Shown: one piece after another, positions 43,813 to 54,461 of the stretch
How the letters are laid out: the number at the start of each line of letters is the position of its first letter
How positions within the stretch are numbered: position 1 is the stretch's first letter
Assembly: GCA_965215885.1 (NCBI GenBank)
Contig: CBDCEW010000102.1
Coordinates: forward strand, 96,001-160,000
Length of the DNA: 64,000 bases
DNA from: Candidatus Moanibacter sp.
Lineage (GTDB): Bacteria; Verrucomicrobiota; Verrucomicrobiia; Opitutales; UBA2987
Direction: 5' to 3'
Notes under the pieces: model-generated
Seen by the model: only the letters and a program-made list of their open reading frames with translations
Told to the model about the DNA's origin: nothing
Database searches by the model: none
Translations under genes and position numbers: made by a program

Positions 43813-44573
43813 TGAGCGCCGGGAACATTTTCCGTCTGTCCAACCTTTTAGAGGAGGGACGCGAAATTCTCATCTTTACGGGAGCGGGAATTTCCACCGG
43901 CAGCGGTATCCCTGACTTTCGGGGTCCCGGCGGGGTATGGTCGCGCAGACAGCCGGTCTACTACGACGATTTCATGACTTCCGAAGCCGCTCGTATCGAG
44001 CATTGGGACTATAAACTGGAATCGTGGGAATCTTTCCGGGACGCCGTGCCTAACGCAGTGCACAACGCCTGCGTCGAATTGGAGAAGTCCGGAAGACTGC
44101 TCAAGCTCGTCACGCAGAATATTGACGGTCTCCACCAAAAGGCCGGCACTTCGAGAGATCTGCTCGTCGAACTTCACGGGACCAATGCGCAGGTGGAATG
44201 TCAAAGATGCTTAAAGCGCAGTAACCCGGACGATCATTTCCGGAAGTTTGCCAAAACGAAAAGCCCACCTTTCTGCGAGTGTGGAGGGTTTCTGAAGCAG
44301 GCCACTATCAGCTTCGGCCAAAACCTGAGGCAGGAAGACATCAACGCTGCCGAAAAAGCCGCCATGGCATGCGATCTCGTCATCGCTCTCGGCTCCAGTC
44401 TCTCTGTCTACCCGGCCGCTTCTTTCCCTCTGATCGCGGCCCAGAGAAGTGTCCCTTACGTCGTTATTAACCGCGGGACCACCGAGCATGACGGTAATCC
44501 CGCCGTGACACTTCGTCTCGAAGGCGATGTCGTGGATATCTTCCCCGCCGCCGTCGAGCATTCGCTAGCCTGA
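43812..44573 (+). CDS. Sir2-family NAD-dependent deacylase
   Basis: GAGISTGSGIPDFRG, TQNIDGLH, ELHG, CxxC..CxC, GSSLSVYPAA. Confidence 0.95.
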   Translation: MSAGNIFRLSNLLEEGREILIFTGAGISTGSGIPDFRGPGGVWSRRQPVYYDDFMTSEAARIEHWDYKLESWESFRDAVPNAVHNACVELEKSGRLLKLVTQNIDGLHQKAGTSRDLLVELHGTNAQVECQRCLKRSNPDDHFRKFAKTKSPPFCECGGFLKQATISFGQNLRQEDINAAEKAAMACDLVIALGSSLSVYPAASFPLIAAQRSVPYVVINRGTTEHDGNPAVTLRLEGDVVDIFPAAVEHSLA

Positions 44574-44588
44574 AAATCCTACGGATTT

Positions 44589-45845
44589 TCAGGCTAAGGG
44601 CACTTCGTTCTCCAAAATCTGATCCAACGTCTGGCGTTTGCGGATCGCAGCGATGCGGCCCGATTCGCGCAATAGGGCCTCGGAGGCTTCTGGGAAGGAA
44701 TTATAGTTTTTCGCTGGCATTGAGGAACAGTAGGCCCCCGCGCCCTCAATAACGCAGAGGTCCCCGATCGAAGCATCCGCCAGCTCCCGCGGTGCCAGCA
44801 ACTCAGGATCACCCTGGGCCGTAGTAAGTAGGTCACCCGATTCGCAACAATGACCCACTACAACATATTCTCGGGTCTCTCCGGTGGGATTCGCGGAAAT
44901 CACAATTATGGGGTGCTCCGCTCCGTAGTGGCTGGGCCTCAGAATTTCGCTCATTCCGGAATCCAGCTTCAAAAAGGTGTAACCCTCCTCACCAGTAGTC
45001 ACGATATCTTGAATCGTGGTGAGCAGGGAACAGGCGTTGGCTACCAGATAGGTGCCTGGTTCTATTTCGAGTTGGAGCTTCCTGCCCGTCTCCTCGAAAA
45101 GACTAACGAATGCCTCTCGTACTGAGCGCCCGATTTCGATCAAGTCCGAGTGTTCCTCATGTGCCATTCGCGCAACCTTGTATCCCCCTCCCAGGTTCAG
45201 CGTGTCTACTGCGGGAAAATGAGCTGCCAGATCGAGACTCAAGCGAGCGGCGCGCTGCCATGCTGTCGGATCTACTCCGGAACCGATATGTGTGTGCAAG
45301 CGAACCGCTGTCAGGTTAAATTCGTTGAGCAGGGCATGGACTTCATCGACATACTCATACCAAATCCCGAAACTGGAGGATGGGCCTCCCGTATTTGTGC
45401 GATTCGTGCTGCCTGACCCTAATCCTGGGTTAAGCCGGATACCGAGCTCTCCGCCCGGATGCAGTTCGCCGAAACGACTGATCTGGTTCAATGATGAGGC
45501 GTTGAAGGAAATTCCCTTCTCACAAAGCTCGCCTAGATTTCGCGGAATTTCCTGACTGCTCAGGCTTATCTTCTCAGGCGCAATTTCCGCCCTCAATGCC
45601 CGCTCAACTTCAAAACCACTACTCGCGTCAATATATAGACCGAGATCCTCAAATGTCTTCAATATTGCGGCATTGGAGCTGGCCTTCATGGCGTAGCGGA
45701 CGGTCAGTCCATAAGCATTGGGAAATCTCAAACAGTTCTCTGCATTCTTTTTCAGCGTCCGCTCGTCGTACACGAAAACGGGTGTGCCGAATTGATCAGA
45801 GATCGTTCCTGCCTGCTCAGGAGTGAGAAATCGGAGAGTTTCCAT
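44589..45845 (-). CDS. lysA: Diaminopimelate decarboxylase
   Basis: TPVFVYDE, YAMKA (PLP Lys), HIGSG, LGGG, EPG, CESGD, GAY; start reassigned to METLRF. Confidence 0.92.
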   Translation of the reverse strand: METLRFLTPEQAGTISDQFGTPVFVYDERTLKKNAENCLRFPNAYGLTVRYAMKASSNAAILKTFEDLGLYIDASSGFEVERALRAEIAPEKISLSSQEIPRNLGELCEKGISFNASSLNQISRFGELHPGGELGIRLNPGLGSGSTNRTNTGGPSSSFGIWYEYVDEVHALLNEFNLTAVRLHTHIGSGVDPTAWQRAARLSLDLAAHFPAVDTLNLGGGYKVARMAHEEHSDLIEIGRSVREAFVSLFEETGRKLQLEIEPGTYLVANACSLLTTIQDIVTTGEEGYTFLKLDSGMSEILRPSHYGAEHPIIVISANPTGETREYVVVGHCCESGDLLTTAQGDPELLAPRELADASIGDLCVIEGAGAYCSSMPAKNYNSFPEASEALLRESGRIAAIRKRQTLDQILENEVPLA

Positions 45846-45921
45846 TGCGGTTGTCTCAAGGAGCTTGCCGGACCTTGTTGTCGGATTGCTGTGCAAGTGC
45901 CAAAATTCGACCGGCAGGCTC

Positions 45922-46317
45922 CTAGACTGGTCGACCCAACGATCGGGGATTCTCTCCCGCTCGAAGCGACAAGAGGGAGCCCTCCTGACCCCTTTCAAGG
46001 CATTCGAATAAGTTGCGGACACACTGACCGATACGATCGCTGCCAAGTTCGTTTCTCTCAATTTCTTCAACCACCGCCCGGCCCAGTCCAGCGGCTCGGA
46101 CCGCGATGCCAGAACTCTCGGGAGATCGCGGGTTTTCGCCTACTTCGTAAACGGGCATCAGCAGATGAAAGAGCTGATTGCAAGTAAAGATCAGTCTCCG
46201 ATGTTCCGGATTTTCCGGATTCACCCTTCTATTGAGCAGGGTATTTAATCGATTGCTGATCTTACCGGCATGAGGCAAGTTCAGCGGTATCTTAAACTGC
46301 GGTACTTCCGGCGTCAT
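45922..46317 (-). CDS. Hypothetical protein
   Basis: ATG ORF fitting between co-oriented neighbours. Confidence 0.6.
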   Translation of the reverse strand: MTPEVPQFKIPLNLPHAGKISNRLNTLLNRRVNPENPEHRRLIFTCNQLFHLLMPVYEVGENPRSPESSGIAVRAAGLGRAVVEEIERNELGSDRIGQCVRNLFECLERGQEGSLLSLRAGENPRSLGRPV

Positions 46318-46332
46318 TTGGAAAGGAATCCA

Positions 46333-47034
46333 TCATACTTCGCCACACCGAGATGACAAGCCTCTAGGTAATTTCCTGGCAAGCGTAACACCGTCACCGA
46401 CCGACAGCATGCTCACACAGACCCGCGTGTCCTTATGAAGTTTTGCATTCATCACGCGTATCGCTTCCGTGTCCTCGTCCTTCGATTCTGCCTGAGTTAC
46501 ACGTCCACCCCATAGCATGTTGTCAAAGATGATCAGACCGCCCCTTCGCACCAGTTCTAAGGAACGCTCGTAATAATGGGCGTAGTTCGTCTTGTCCGCG
46601 TCAATGAAGGCAATGTCAAATTTGCCGCTTTCACCTCCTGCGATAAGATTTTCGAGGGTGGCGAGCGCTGGTCCTAATCGCAGATCAATTTTGTTCGCCA
46701 CACCCGCTTCGTTCCAATACCGGCGTGCTACCCTGGTCCACTCCTCACTTTCGTCGAGAGCGACTAGTTGTCCGTCCTCTGGAAGATTCAGAGCAAAACA
46801 AAGAGAACTGTAGCCGGTAAAGACACCAATTTCGAGGATCCTGCGGGCTTCCAGAATTCCCGCCAGCATAGCCATGAATTGCCCCTGATCGGGTGAGATC
46901 TGCATGCCGCGCTCCGGCATTATTGCAGTTTCTTCGCGCAGCCGTCTCAGTATATCCGGTTCATGCAACGAAACCGAGAGAAGATACTCGTAAAGATCGG
47001 AATCCAGGGAAATGAATTTGTCAGTCACTGCCAC
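46333..47034 (-). CDS. Caffeoyl-CoA-type O-methyltransferase
   Basis: MQISPDQGQF, LEIGVFTGYS, FIDADK, DNMLWGG. Confidence 0.93.
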   Translation of the reverse strand: MAVTDKFISLDSDLYEYLLSVSLHEPDILRRLREETAIMPERGMQISPDQGQFMAMLAGILEARRILEIGVFTGYSSLCFALNLPEDGQLVALDESEEWTRVARRYWNEAGVANKIDLRLGPALATLENLIAGGESGKFDIAFIDADKTNYAHYYERSLELVRRGGLIIFDNMLWGGRVTQAESKDEDTEAIRVMNAKLHKDTRVCVSMLSVGDGVTLARKLPRGLSSRCGEV

Positions 47035-47116
47035 AGTGCAGGTTTGAAGAGCTTGAGAGGTAAGACAAGCGCGAACCTATCACTTTTCCAGCGCGTGAGC
47101 TTGGTCCGAAGCCGAG

Positions 47117-47476
47117 TTAATCGGTTTCGCGCATTTGAGAAATGCTCAAGGCAACTCCGTCGGGATCGGTTGTGGTGGCTAATGTGCCCAGGCCTCGGTA
47201 TTCCTCCGGACCCTCCACTTTGTAGCCCTGCCTTCGTAGCTTCCGGCATGTGTCAGCGAGAGAACTCACCTCGATGCACAGGACGACTACCCTTGACGCC
47301 TTGTCGCCCGCACCCGAATCCTGGATGTGAAGACCGAGCTTGATCCCTCCCTCATCAAACTCGCTCCAGCGATTTCCTGTCTTAATGCAGGGCAGGCCAA
47401 GGATGTCCCTGTATAGCTCGATCGATGCTTTCATGTCGTCAACACAGACTAGTACCGTGGGTATTCTCGATTTCAT
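47117..47476 (-). CDS. VOC/glyoxalase family protein
   Basis: VDDMKASIELYRDILGL, DPDG. Confidence 0.85.
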   Translation of the reverse strand: MKSRIPTVLVCVDDMKASIELYRDILGLPCIKTGNRWSEFDEGGIKLGLHIQDSGAGDKASRVVVLCIEVSSLADTCRKLRRQGYKVEGPEEYRGLGTLATTTDPDGVALSISQMRETD

Positions 47477-47478
47477 CC

Positions 47479-47997
47479 TTACTCCCTCCTATCATATTCA
47501 TCCAGTTCAACGAGGCGGTCTTCCGGATCGCGCACCTTTGCGGAACGCCCGTAAGCGACGTCGACGATTGGATCTTCTACCGTAGCTCCAGCCTCGGTAA
47601 ACGCTCGAACCCCCGCCTCCAGATTTCCAAAGTGAAATCCGAATTTGGCCGTGTCTTTGTCCCCGTGCTGGGTTTCTGTAACTCTATGGAGAGCAAATAC
47701 TGCGTTTGGCGCTATCGAATATGCGCACCAGTTCTTTCCTTTCTTGCCGGGAATCCCCAAGGCAATCTCATAAAATGCACAAAGGGCGTCATATTGATCC
47801 GTCATGTAAAACACTGTCATGCCCGTCTCTTTCAAGCCGACTTCGGTTCGACCCCGTCTCGAGAGATACTCGCCTAAGATCTCTTCCACCAGGTGATTCA
47901 AACGAACGTCTTCTTCGATGCATGCATGCTTGATTTCCCGAATCAAATGGCGGTCCAAGTAAACGTTGAATTGCTTTCGGTTCTTTTTCTTTTCCAT
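47479..47997 (-). CDS. Ribbon-helix-helix plus VOC fusion protein
   Basis: KQFNVYLDRHLIREIKHACIEEDVRLNHLVEEIL followed by FYEIALG...YGRSAKVRDPED. Confidence 0.75.
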   Translation of the reverse strand: MEKKKNRKQFNVYLDRHLIREIKHACIEEDVRLNHLVEEILGEYLSRRGRTEVGLKETGMTVFYMTDQYDALCAFYEIALGIPGKKGKNWCAYSIAPNAVFALHRVTETQHGDKDTAKFGFHFGNLEAGVRAFTEAGATVEDPIVDVAYGRSAKVRDPEDRLVELDEYDRRE

Positions 47998-48078
47998 TTT
48001 TAATTACTATAATCCTAGAATTCTATTATTCAAGTATTACTTGGCACTTTTTACAGGTGCTACTGATAATGCCGGGAT

Positions 48079-48137
48079 TTACCCCGGACATTACACGCTC
48101 GGATCGTAGTAGAAAGTCTGTAGAATTCTCGGATTGG
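48079..48137. repeat. Degenerate MITE family A copy
   Basis: CCCGGACATTACAC...GATCGTAGTAGAA.GTCTGT. Confidence 0.55.
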
Positions 48138-48175
48138 CCTCGCAATTTTTTGAAAATGGGTGAATTTATGTTCAC

Positions 48176-49252
48176 ATGAACCGGAAAATATCATCCCCTC
48201 TCTTTCCGCCTGGCCCGCGCGGTCGCGGAGCGGCGTCAAATCCGCGTGTTCGTTTCGAGAAGCTGGAGATGGTTCCGGATCCTGAATTCGATGAACTTGT
48301 CCGTCCCCAACCCACCCAATACCTGGCTGACCATTCCGTAAGTATCATTGCCCAGAATAACAGTCCCGACATCAATTTCGACAAGAGCATCAATCCCTAT
48401 CGTGGCTGTGAACATGGATGTATCTACTGCTACGCGCGTCCCACGCATGAGTATCTGGGATTCTCGGCGGGGCTGGATTTCGAAACAAAAATTGTGGTCA
48501 AGCGAGATGCCTCACAGTTACTGGAAAGAGCCCTCTCATCACCCCGCTGGAAACCGGAAGTCCTGGCCATGAGCGGAGTTACCGATCCCTACCAGCCAAT
48601 CGAGAGAAAGCTCCAGCTGACTCGCCAATGTCTCATAATCCTGGAACGTTACCGGAATCCGGTGCAGATCGTGACTAAGAACAGTCTCGTCACCCGAGAC
48701 ATCGACATTCTTGAGAAGCTGGCGGAGTCTGAGGCCGCCTCTGTTACCCTTTCCATAACCTCTCTGCGCGAGGAACTTACTCGAATCATGGAACCTCGAA
48801 CCGCCGCGCCGCGCCGACGACTGAGAGCCGTTTCTGAATTGGTGGCAGCCGGCATTCCTGTTGGTGTAATGATAGCTCCGGTCATACCCGGTCTTAACGA
48901 TGAGGAAATCCCCGCCATCCTGGCTGCCGCAAAGGAAGCGGGCGCTTCCTACGCGAGCTACACTGCGCTTCGGTTGCCTTATGGTGTCAAAGATCTCTTT
49001 CTCGAGTGGCTGGAAAGGCACTTTCCCGGGAAAATGGAGAAGGTCGTATCGCGGATTCTGGAGATGAGAGGAGGAGCGCTCAATCAAAACGAGTTCGGAC
49101 TGCGGATGCGTGGCGAAGGAATCTGGGCAGACCAGATGAGAGCCGTCTTTGAAATGGGCTGCCGGCGCTGCTGTTTTGAAAATAAGGCTCCCATGCTTAC
49201 CACGAAAGGATTTCGGCGGCCGGGCGGAAACCAATTAGAGCTATTCAGTTGA
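48176..49252 (+). CDS. PA0069/Rv2578c-family radical SAM protein
   Basis: SINPYRGCEHGCIYCYARPTH, TDPYQPIE. Confidence 0.93.
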   Translation: MNRKISSPLFPPGPRGRGAASNPRVRFEKLEMVPDPEFDELVRPQPTQYLADHSVSIIAQNNSPDINFDKSINPYRGCEHGCIYCYARPTHEYLGFSAGLDFETKIVVKRDASQLLERALSSPRWKPEVLAMSGVTDPYQPIERKLQLTRQCLIILERYRNPVQIVTKNSLVTRDIDILEKLAESEAASVTLSITSLREELTRIMEPRTAAPRRRLRAVSELVAAGIPVGVMIAPVIPGLNDEEIPAILAAAKEAGASYASYTALRLPYGVKDLFLEWLERHFPGKMEKVVSRILEMRGGALNQNEFGLRMRGEGIWADQMRAVFEMGCRRCCFENKAPMLTTKGFRRPGGNQLELFS

Positions 49253-49385
49253 GTCCACGCACTGCCACTCCCGGCTTGCGGGTATTAGGAAGATGTCGGT
49301 GGTCGAAACCGCGGCAGTGCGGAATCACACCCGGACAGTGGAATCTTTCCGCGAATTCCGAGAACTTGATCCGACAGATTCCTGG

Positions 49386-49859
49386 TCACACCCCGACTTC
49401 CAACGGGCGCTCCGGCGGACCACTTCGCGCGATGGAGTCCAGCAGTTCCGCGATCCGTCTCGGCGCAAAGATCTCCGAAGAGGCCTTTATCTCGGCAATT
49501 GACCACCATCGAAAACCGCGAAAGGCTGATTTTTCTCCCATTGCCGGGTTGCCATCCATGGTCGGTTCGAATCTTTCCGTTTTAACGACGTAGAATTGCT
49601 CGTGTTGACGGACTTCATTGCCATTCCACTCGAAGGTATGCCTTCGCTTCCAAATGAGCGGTCCTACGCGAACGTCTCGAAGACCCGTTTCCTCATCCAG
49701 TTCCCGGATTAGACACGCTACAACACCTTCACCTGTATTGCGGGCGCCCCCTGGCGTGATCCAGAACTGCCGGCGGCTCGCCGGCTCTTCAAACTTCATC
49801 AACAGAATCTCATTTTCCGATGTCAAAAGCACCGCCCGCACCGCTTCTCGTATCCTCAT
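49386..49859 (-). CDS. NUDIX hydrolase
   Basis: PGG...GE....CLIRELDEETG Nudix box. Confidence 0.9.
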   Translation of the reverse strand: MRIREAVRAVLLTSENEILLMKFEEPASRRQFWITPGGARNTGEGVVACLIRELDEETGLRDVRVGPLIWKRRHTFEWNGNEVRQHEQFYVVKTERFEPTMDGNPAMGEKSAFRGFRWWSIAEIKASSEIFAPRRIAELLDSIARSGPPERPLEVGV

Positions 49860-49919
49860 TGGATTATTCGACGGATATTAGATGTGTGATGCCAACATCA
49901 AATTTTCCGACACTATCCG

Positions 49920-51860
49920 CTACTGCAGGACACGAGCGTCCCCGTGGCGCTGGGTGAGGCCGTCGCGGTCGAATTTTTCCAGGAGAGGCACCACAATGCG
50001 GCGGCTTGAACCGAGTTCCTGGCGGATTTGGCTCACCGTAGCCGGTCCTTGCCTTCGCAGGAAATCGACTACCTTCTCCCGGGCCTGGGAATACGCTCTT
50101 TCTGAAATCACGACAGATTCGCTGATTTCGACGGCTTCGCCGGTTTGGAGTAGGAAGCGCAAGGCCTGTTGAGTAAGAGGCTCGGGTGCCAACTGCTTTA
50201 TAGAAGGGGGATCAAGAGTTCGTTTGTTGAGCACTGCGCGAATCCTGGTAGCGGCATCTTCAAGATGTGGTGGCAGAGAGGGGCGATGTGATTCTCTTTG
50301 GAAAAAGATCCCCATTTTGCGGAACCCATGTTCGATGAGGTGCGAGACCAAGGCATTGAATGTAGGGGAGGTGAGGCGTTCGTTCTGCAATTCCTTGCGA
50401 AACTTGCTTAGGGTCAATCCTGCCCGTTCCGGATGCTCCCTGTGTTCTGCGTCTATGGCGTCAGCAGCCCGTTTCCGCAGTGTCTTCCACCATTCTCCAT
50501 CAACAATAAGATCGTCAACGATGATCAAATGATCCGATTCATCGAATGACTCTAATGCGCCTGAGATTTCTGATTCGCTGAAAACGGTTTGAACGAGAAG
50601 CTCCGATCGCGATACCGCCTTGGCACGCGAGATCTGAGTTTCAATCCAGGTTTGAACGCTCGCGAGGTTTTCCGCCCGCTCGGTCAAGAACGTAATATTG
50701 GCGCTGTCTCGATGAGGTCGGGCGTCGGCAGCTACATTAAGGACGATACCCCCGGCGAGAGTGGCCTGTTCTGACCAGTCGCGCAAGATGAAGTGATCGC
50801 CCTCATAGGCGAATAAAGGCGCCTCCATGCGCAGTTGTGCGAGCGCATTCTGACCCGGATGGAGTTTCTCACACTGCCGGAGAAGGACACGTGCCGGAAT
50901 GTTGCTTGTGCCGTGATGGATGCGGACGCGCGTCCCACTCTTGAGTGGTCGTGCCGCCTTCGTTTTCGCCGTCTTGAGACGCGTCGATTTCTGGAGTATC
51001 ACGTCGACAATCTCAAAAGGGCTTCCCAGACCGGGCAGGGTGATGACGTCGCCACGTCGGATTTCATCCATCTGTTCTGTCGAAGCTCTGGAGACTTTCG
51101 GCAGGTTCAATGCCGTGCGTGTGCCTGGATTACTGAGTTCAACATCTTGACCGTGGGACTGCAGATTACGTATCCGGATCTCTCTCCCACGCGGTTGTAT
51201 CACGACCGACTGACCGCGACGGAACGAGCCACCGGTGAGAGTTCCGGTAACGACTGTTCCAATACCATGCATGGAAAAGACACGGTCTACCGAAAGTCGT
51301 GGTTTACCGATGTCGCAGGCAGGCGTAATCGCAGTCAGAACCTCAGCGATGGTGGATTTTAATTCCTCTAAACCCTCTCCGGTCTCGGTCGATGTCTTTA
51401 CGATTGGTGAACCGGCTAACGGAGTGTCGTGGAGGCGCTCTTGCAGTCTCATGACCAGAGGGCCTTCCTTACCGTCCACAATATCCCATTTCGTCAGTGC
51501 GATAACTGCGTGCTTCACACCGAGATAGGTGAGGATTTGAAGATGCTCTTCACTCTGCGGCATCCATTCGTCGTCAGCCGCCACGACGAAAAGCGCCAGG
51601 TCTACGGAGCCGACACCCGCTACCATGTTTTTGACGAAATCCTCGTGGCCGGGCACGTCTACGATACCTAGACGAAATAGCGTTGAAGGATCATGAGGCG
51701 ATCGAACTTCGAGATGGGCAAAGCCGAGATCGATAGTAAGACCCCGTTTCTTTTCCTCAGGTAGCCGATCAGGATCGGTCCCGGAGAGCGCTTTAATCAG
51801 GGAACTCTTGCCGTGGTCGACGTGACCGGCGGTGGCGAGGATGTGATGCTTGGTCGGCAT
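49920..51860 (-). CDS. selB: Selenocysteine-specific elongation factor SelB
   Basis: [36 protein letters not shown]-terminal winged helix [11 protein letters not shown]. Confidence 0.97.
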   Translation of the reverse strand: MPTKHHILATAGHVDHGKSSLIKALSGTDPDRLPEEKKRGLTIDLGFAHLEVRSPHDPSTLFRLGIVDVPGHEDFVKNMVAGVGSVDLALFVVAADDEWMPQSEEHLQILTYLGVKHAVIALTKWDIVDGKEGPLVMRLQERLHDTPLAGSPIVKTSTETGEGLEELKSTIAEVLTAITPACDIGKPRLSVDRVFSMHGIGTVVTGTLTGGSFRRGQSVVIQPRGREIRIRNLQSHGQDVELSNPGTRTALNLPKVSRASTEQMDEIRRGDVITLPGLGSPFEIVDVILQKSTRLKTAKTKAARPLKSGTRVRIHHGTSNIPARVLLRQCEKLHPGQNALAQLRMEAPLFAYEGDHFILRDWSEQATLAGGIVLNVAADARPHRDSANITFLTERAENLASVQTWIETQISRAKAVSRSELLVQTVFSESEISGALESFDESDHLIIVDDLIVDGEWWKTLRKRAADAIDAEHREHPERAGLTLSKFRKELQNERLTSPTFNALVSHLIEHGFRKMGIFFQRESHRPSLPPHLEDAATRIRAVLNKRTLDPPSIKQLAPEPLTQQALRFLLQTGEAVEISESVVISERAYSQAREKVVDFLRRQGPATVSQIRQELGSSRRIVVPLLEKFDRDGLTQRHGDARVLQ

Positions 51861-51920
51861 GTGACGTTGAATCTACTCTAGCAGCCAGATGAAACGAGTC
51901 CGAATTAGTCCGGCTGGCTG

Positions 51921-53294
51921 CTAGGGTTCTACAGCTTCCCGTTCAAGAACTGAGCGGATGGCGTGGATCAATTCGTGGTCCTGCTCCAGAAAAATCGTGC
52001 GCAGATCGAGTCTATAGCAACCATCTGATATGTATCCGATGACCGGCGGGATTCCGGTTCGCAACTGCATGGCTAACTCATCCAACTCGATATGCTGAGG
52101 AACGAGGTCGACAGTGACTGAGGAGATAACTGAGCGTGGCAAGGCACCGCCCCCAATTTGCGCTTCACCTTTCCCGACGCTTGTCTTCAAAGGCAGACCC
52201 TTGAGGGCACCGACAATATTCTCGGCGCGGGATTTTAATTCATCGTTCGATACCCTCAACATGGTGAGGAGAGGAATGTTTTCATTGGCACTATTACTAA
52301 GATAGAGATCAACCGTGGTTTGCAAAGTGGAGAGAATCAGTTTGTCACACCGGAGAGCTCGAAAGAATGGTTCGCTCTTGAGGGCGGCCACGAGGTTCGC
52401 TCCCCCGGCTATGATGCCGGCCTGGGGGCCCCCCAGAAGTTTATCTCCGCTGAAGCAGACTAGATCTACTCCACTTCTCAGAGTCTCTTCGGGAGTCGGC
52501 TCATGCTCCAGGCAGGCGTAGTTTTCGGTGGCGATTACAGCGCCGCTCCCCAGGTCTTCGACAAAGGGAATGCGCTTCTCATTTGCGAGTGCGCTGATCT
52601 CCTTTGTGGACGGCGATTGGACAAAACCATCCATTGAGAAGTTACTGCGATGTACTTTCAGGATCAGCGCGGTCTTGCGGTTAATGGCCTTTTCATAGTC
52701 GGAGAGAGAAGTCTTGTTTGTGGTGCCGACTTCGTGGAGAACCGCCCCTGTGGATTCCAGAATGTCCGGTATACAAAATCCTCCTCCGATCTGAATGAGT
52801 TCCCCGCGTGAAATAACGACTTCCCTATTTTTTCCGGAAGTAAAATGGCGCAGAATCAAAACGAGGGCGGCAGCGCAGTTGTTTACCGCAGTGGCGGATT
52901 CTGCGCCACAGAGAAGAGCAAGATTGTTCTCGAGGTATTCGGCGCGTTTGCCGCGTTTGCCTGTGGCGAGATCGATTTCCAGATTGTTGTAGTTCGAGGC
53001 AATAGCGTTGAGCTCCGCCACTGCGGTTGCGGCGATGGGAGCGCGGCCCAGATTCGTGTGAACGAGTATGCCGGTTCCATTTATTACTGCTTGAATGCGT
53101 CTTTGGCAGAGGGTATCCAGGGAGGCGCGGACCCGTTTGAGCACTTCTTTGAAATCTGGAATAGCCTCACGCTTCCGCAAAGAAGCCAGTTCGCTGCGAA
53201 CCGTAGCGACTACGGTAGGGCGCGGTAGGTCACACTGACTGAGCGCTTGTAATACCTTCTCAACAGATGGGATTGCACGTCGCGATTCTCTCAT
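51921..53294 (-). CDS. selA: L-seryl-tRNA(Sec) selenium transferase
   Basis: INGTGILVHTNLGRAP, VNNCAAA, EVGTTNKT, FSGDKLLGGPQAG. Confidence 0.97.
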   Translation of the reverse strand: MRESRRAIPSVEKVLQALSQCDLPRPTVVATVRSELASLRKREAIPDFKEVLKRVRASLDTLCQRRIQAVINGTGILVHTNLGRAPIAATAVAELNAIASNYNNLEIDLATGKRGKRAEYLENNLALLCGAESATAVNNCAAALVLILRHFTSGKNREVVISRGELIQIGGGFCIPDILESTGAVLHEVGTTNKTSLSDYEKAINRKTALILKVHRSNFSMDGFVQSPSTKEISALANEKRIPFVEDLGSGAVIATENYACLEHEPTPEETLRSGVDLVCFSGDKLLGGPQAGIIAGGANLVAALKSEPFFRALRCDKLILSTLQTTVDLYLSNSANENIPLLTMLRVSNDELKSRAENIVGALKGLPLKTSVGKGEAQIGGGALPRSVISSVTVDLVPQHIELDELAMQLRTGIPPVIGYISDGCYRLDLRTIFLEQDHELIHAIRSVLEREAVEP

Positions 53295-54340
53295 AGGATT
53301 TGAATTTCCGCTTTCGGCGAATGGACGATTCGGCCGATGACGGTGGCACAGGGAGTGCGGTGCTTTCTGAGGATCTTCAGGACCCTATGCAGATTCCTGG
53401 AGGAGACACATAGAAGAAGGCCGCCGCTCGTTTGCGCATCTGTTAAGAGGACTTTTTCCGAATCCGTAGCGTTGCCCCAATCCGTGAAGGCGTCGGCGGT
53501 TGATTGATTTTCGCGGCTTCCCCCAGGTATGCAGTCCTCTTCCATTAATTTGTAGACTCCCATACCGATTGCAGGGACACGTGGGGAAGTGATTTCAGCG
53601 CCAACGCCACTAGCCTGGCACATCGATCGGAGATGGCCCAGAAGGCCGAAACCGGTGATGTCAATGCCGGCGCGGACCAGGCCGCGTTCCGCTACTTCCG
53701 CACCGACAGTATTGAGATGACGCATGCTCGTTATCGCTTTTTTTGCCAGGTAAGGCGTTGTGCGGTCACGTTTGATTCCGGTCGTGACAATACCGGTTCC
53801 GAGCGGTTTCGTGAGGACGAGCAGGTCCTCAGGTCTCGCGGCGGCGTTTGTGATTATTCGGCTCTGTGATACCAGTCCTGTTACTGCCAATCCGTAGATC
53901 GGTTCCGGGTTGCGAATCGTGTGGCCGCCCACTATTGTGCACTTCGCCCTTTTCGCTGTGGCGGCGCCTCCACGCAGGATAGACACAACTGTCTTCTCAG
54001 AGACGGTATCCTTCGGTATCCCAAGGAGATTCAAAGCGGTAATCGGACGGCCACCCATAGCGAATACGTCCGAGAGTGCGTTCGCGGCGGCAATCTGCCC
54101 ATAGGTCCTAGGGTCGTCCACAATGGGCGTAAAAAAGTCCACCGTCTGAACGAGCGCACGGTCGCGGTCGATGCGATAGACGCCCGCGTCATCCGATAAA
54201 ACGGAACCGACCAGTAAGTTCTGGTCATCCGTAGTTGGTAACTGGCGCAAGACTTGCCCCAGAGCCTTTTGGCTGAGCTTAGATGCTCACCCGGCAAAGG
54301 ATGAAAGCGAAGTCAGCTTGAGAATCTCCTCGCGCGACAT
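53291..54340 (-). CDS. selD: Selenide, water dikinase SelD (selenoprotein, Sec18)
   Basis: SD AGGAGGTG and ATG 54340; MSREEILKLTSLSSFAG-U-ASK with TGA at 54289-54287; DFFTPIVDDP, DITGFGLLGH, DAQTSGGLL. Confidence 0.96.
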
Positions 54341-54367
54341 ATCCTTCACCTCCTTTCTCTAAATGGG

Positions 54368-54461
54368 CGGAGAGGGTAAGAATCGAACTTACCTCGACCT
54401 GCGAAACAGACCGACAACGGTTTTGAAGACCGCGGAGGCCACCAGGCACCCTTCACTCTCC
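54368..54461 (-). tRNA. selC: tRNA-Sec(TCA)
   Basis: Anticodon loop CTTCAAA, long variable arm, T loop TTCGATT, G discriminator; adjacent to selD. Confidence 0.95.

Noticed and set aside
43812..44573. Sir2 anti-phage defence system
   Set aside because: Classical Zn-binding sirtuin with no defence partner genes
45846..46070. Long N-terminal extension or lysine riboswitch for lysA
   Set aside because: Region is largely occupied by the 45922-46317 ORF; LysA similarity starts at 45845
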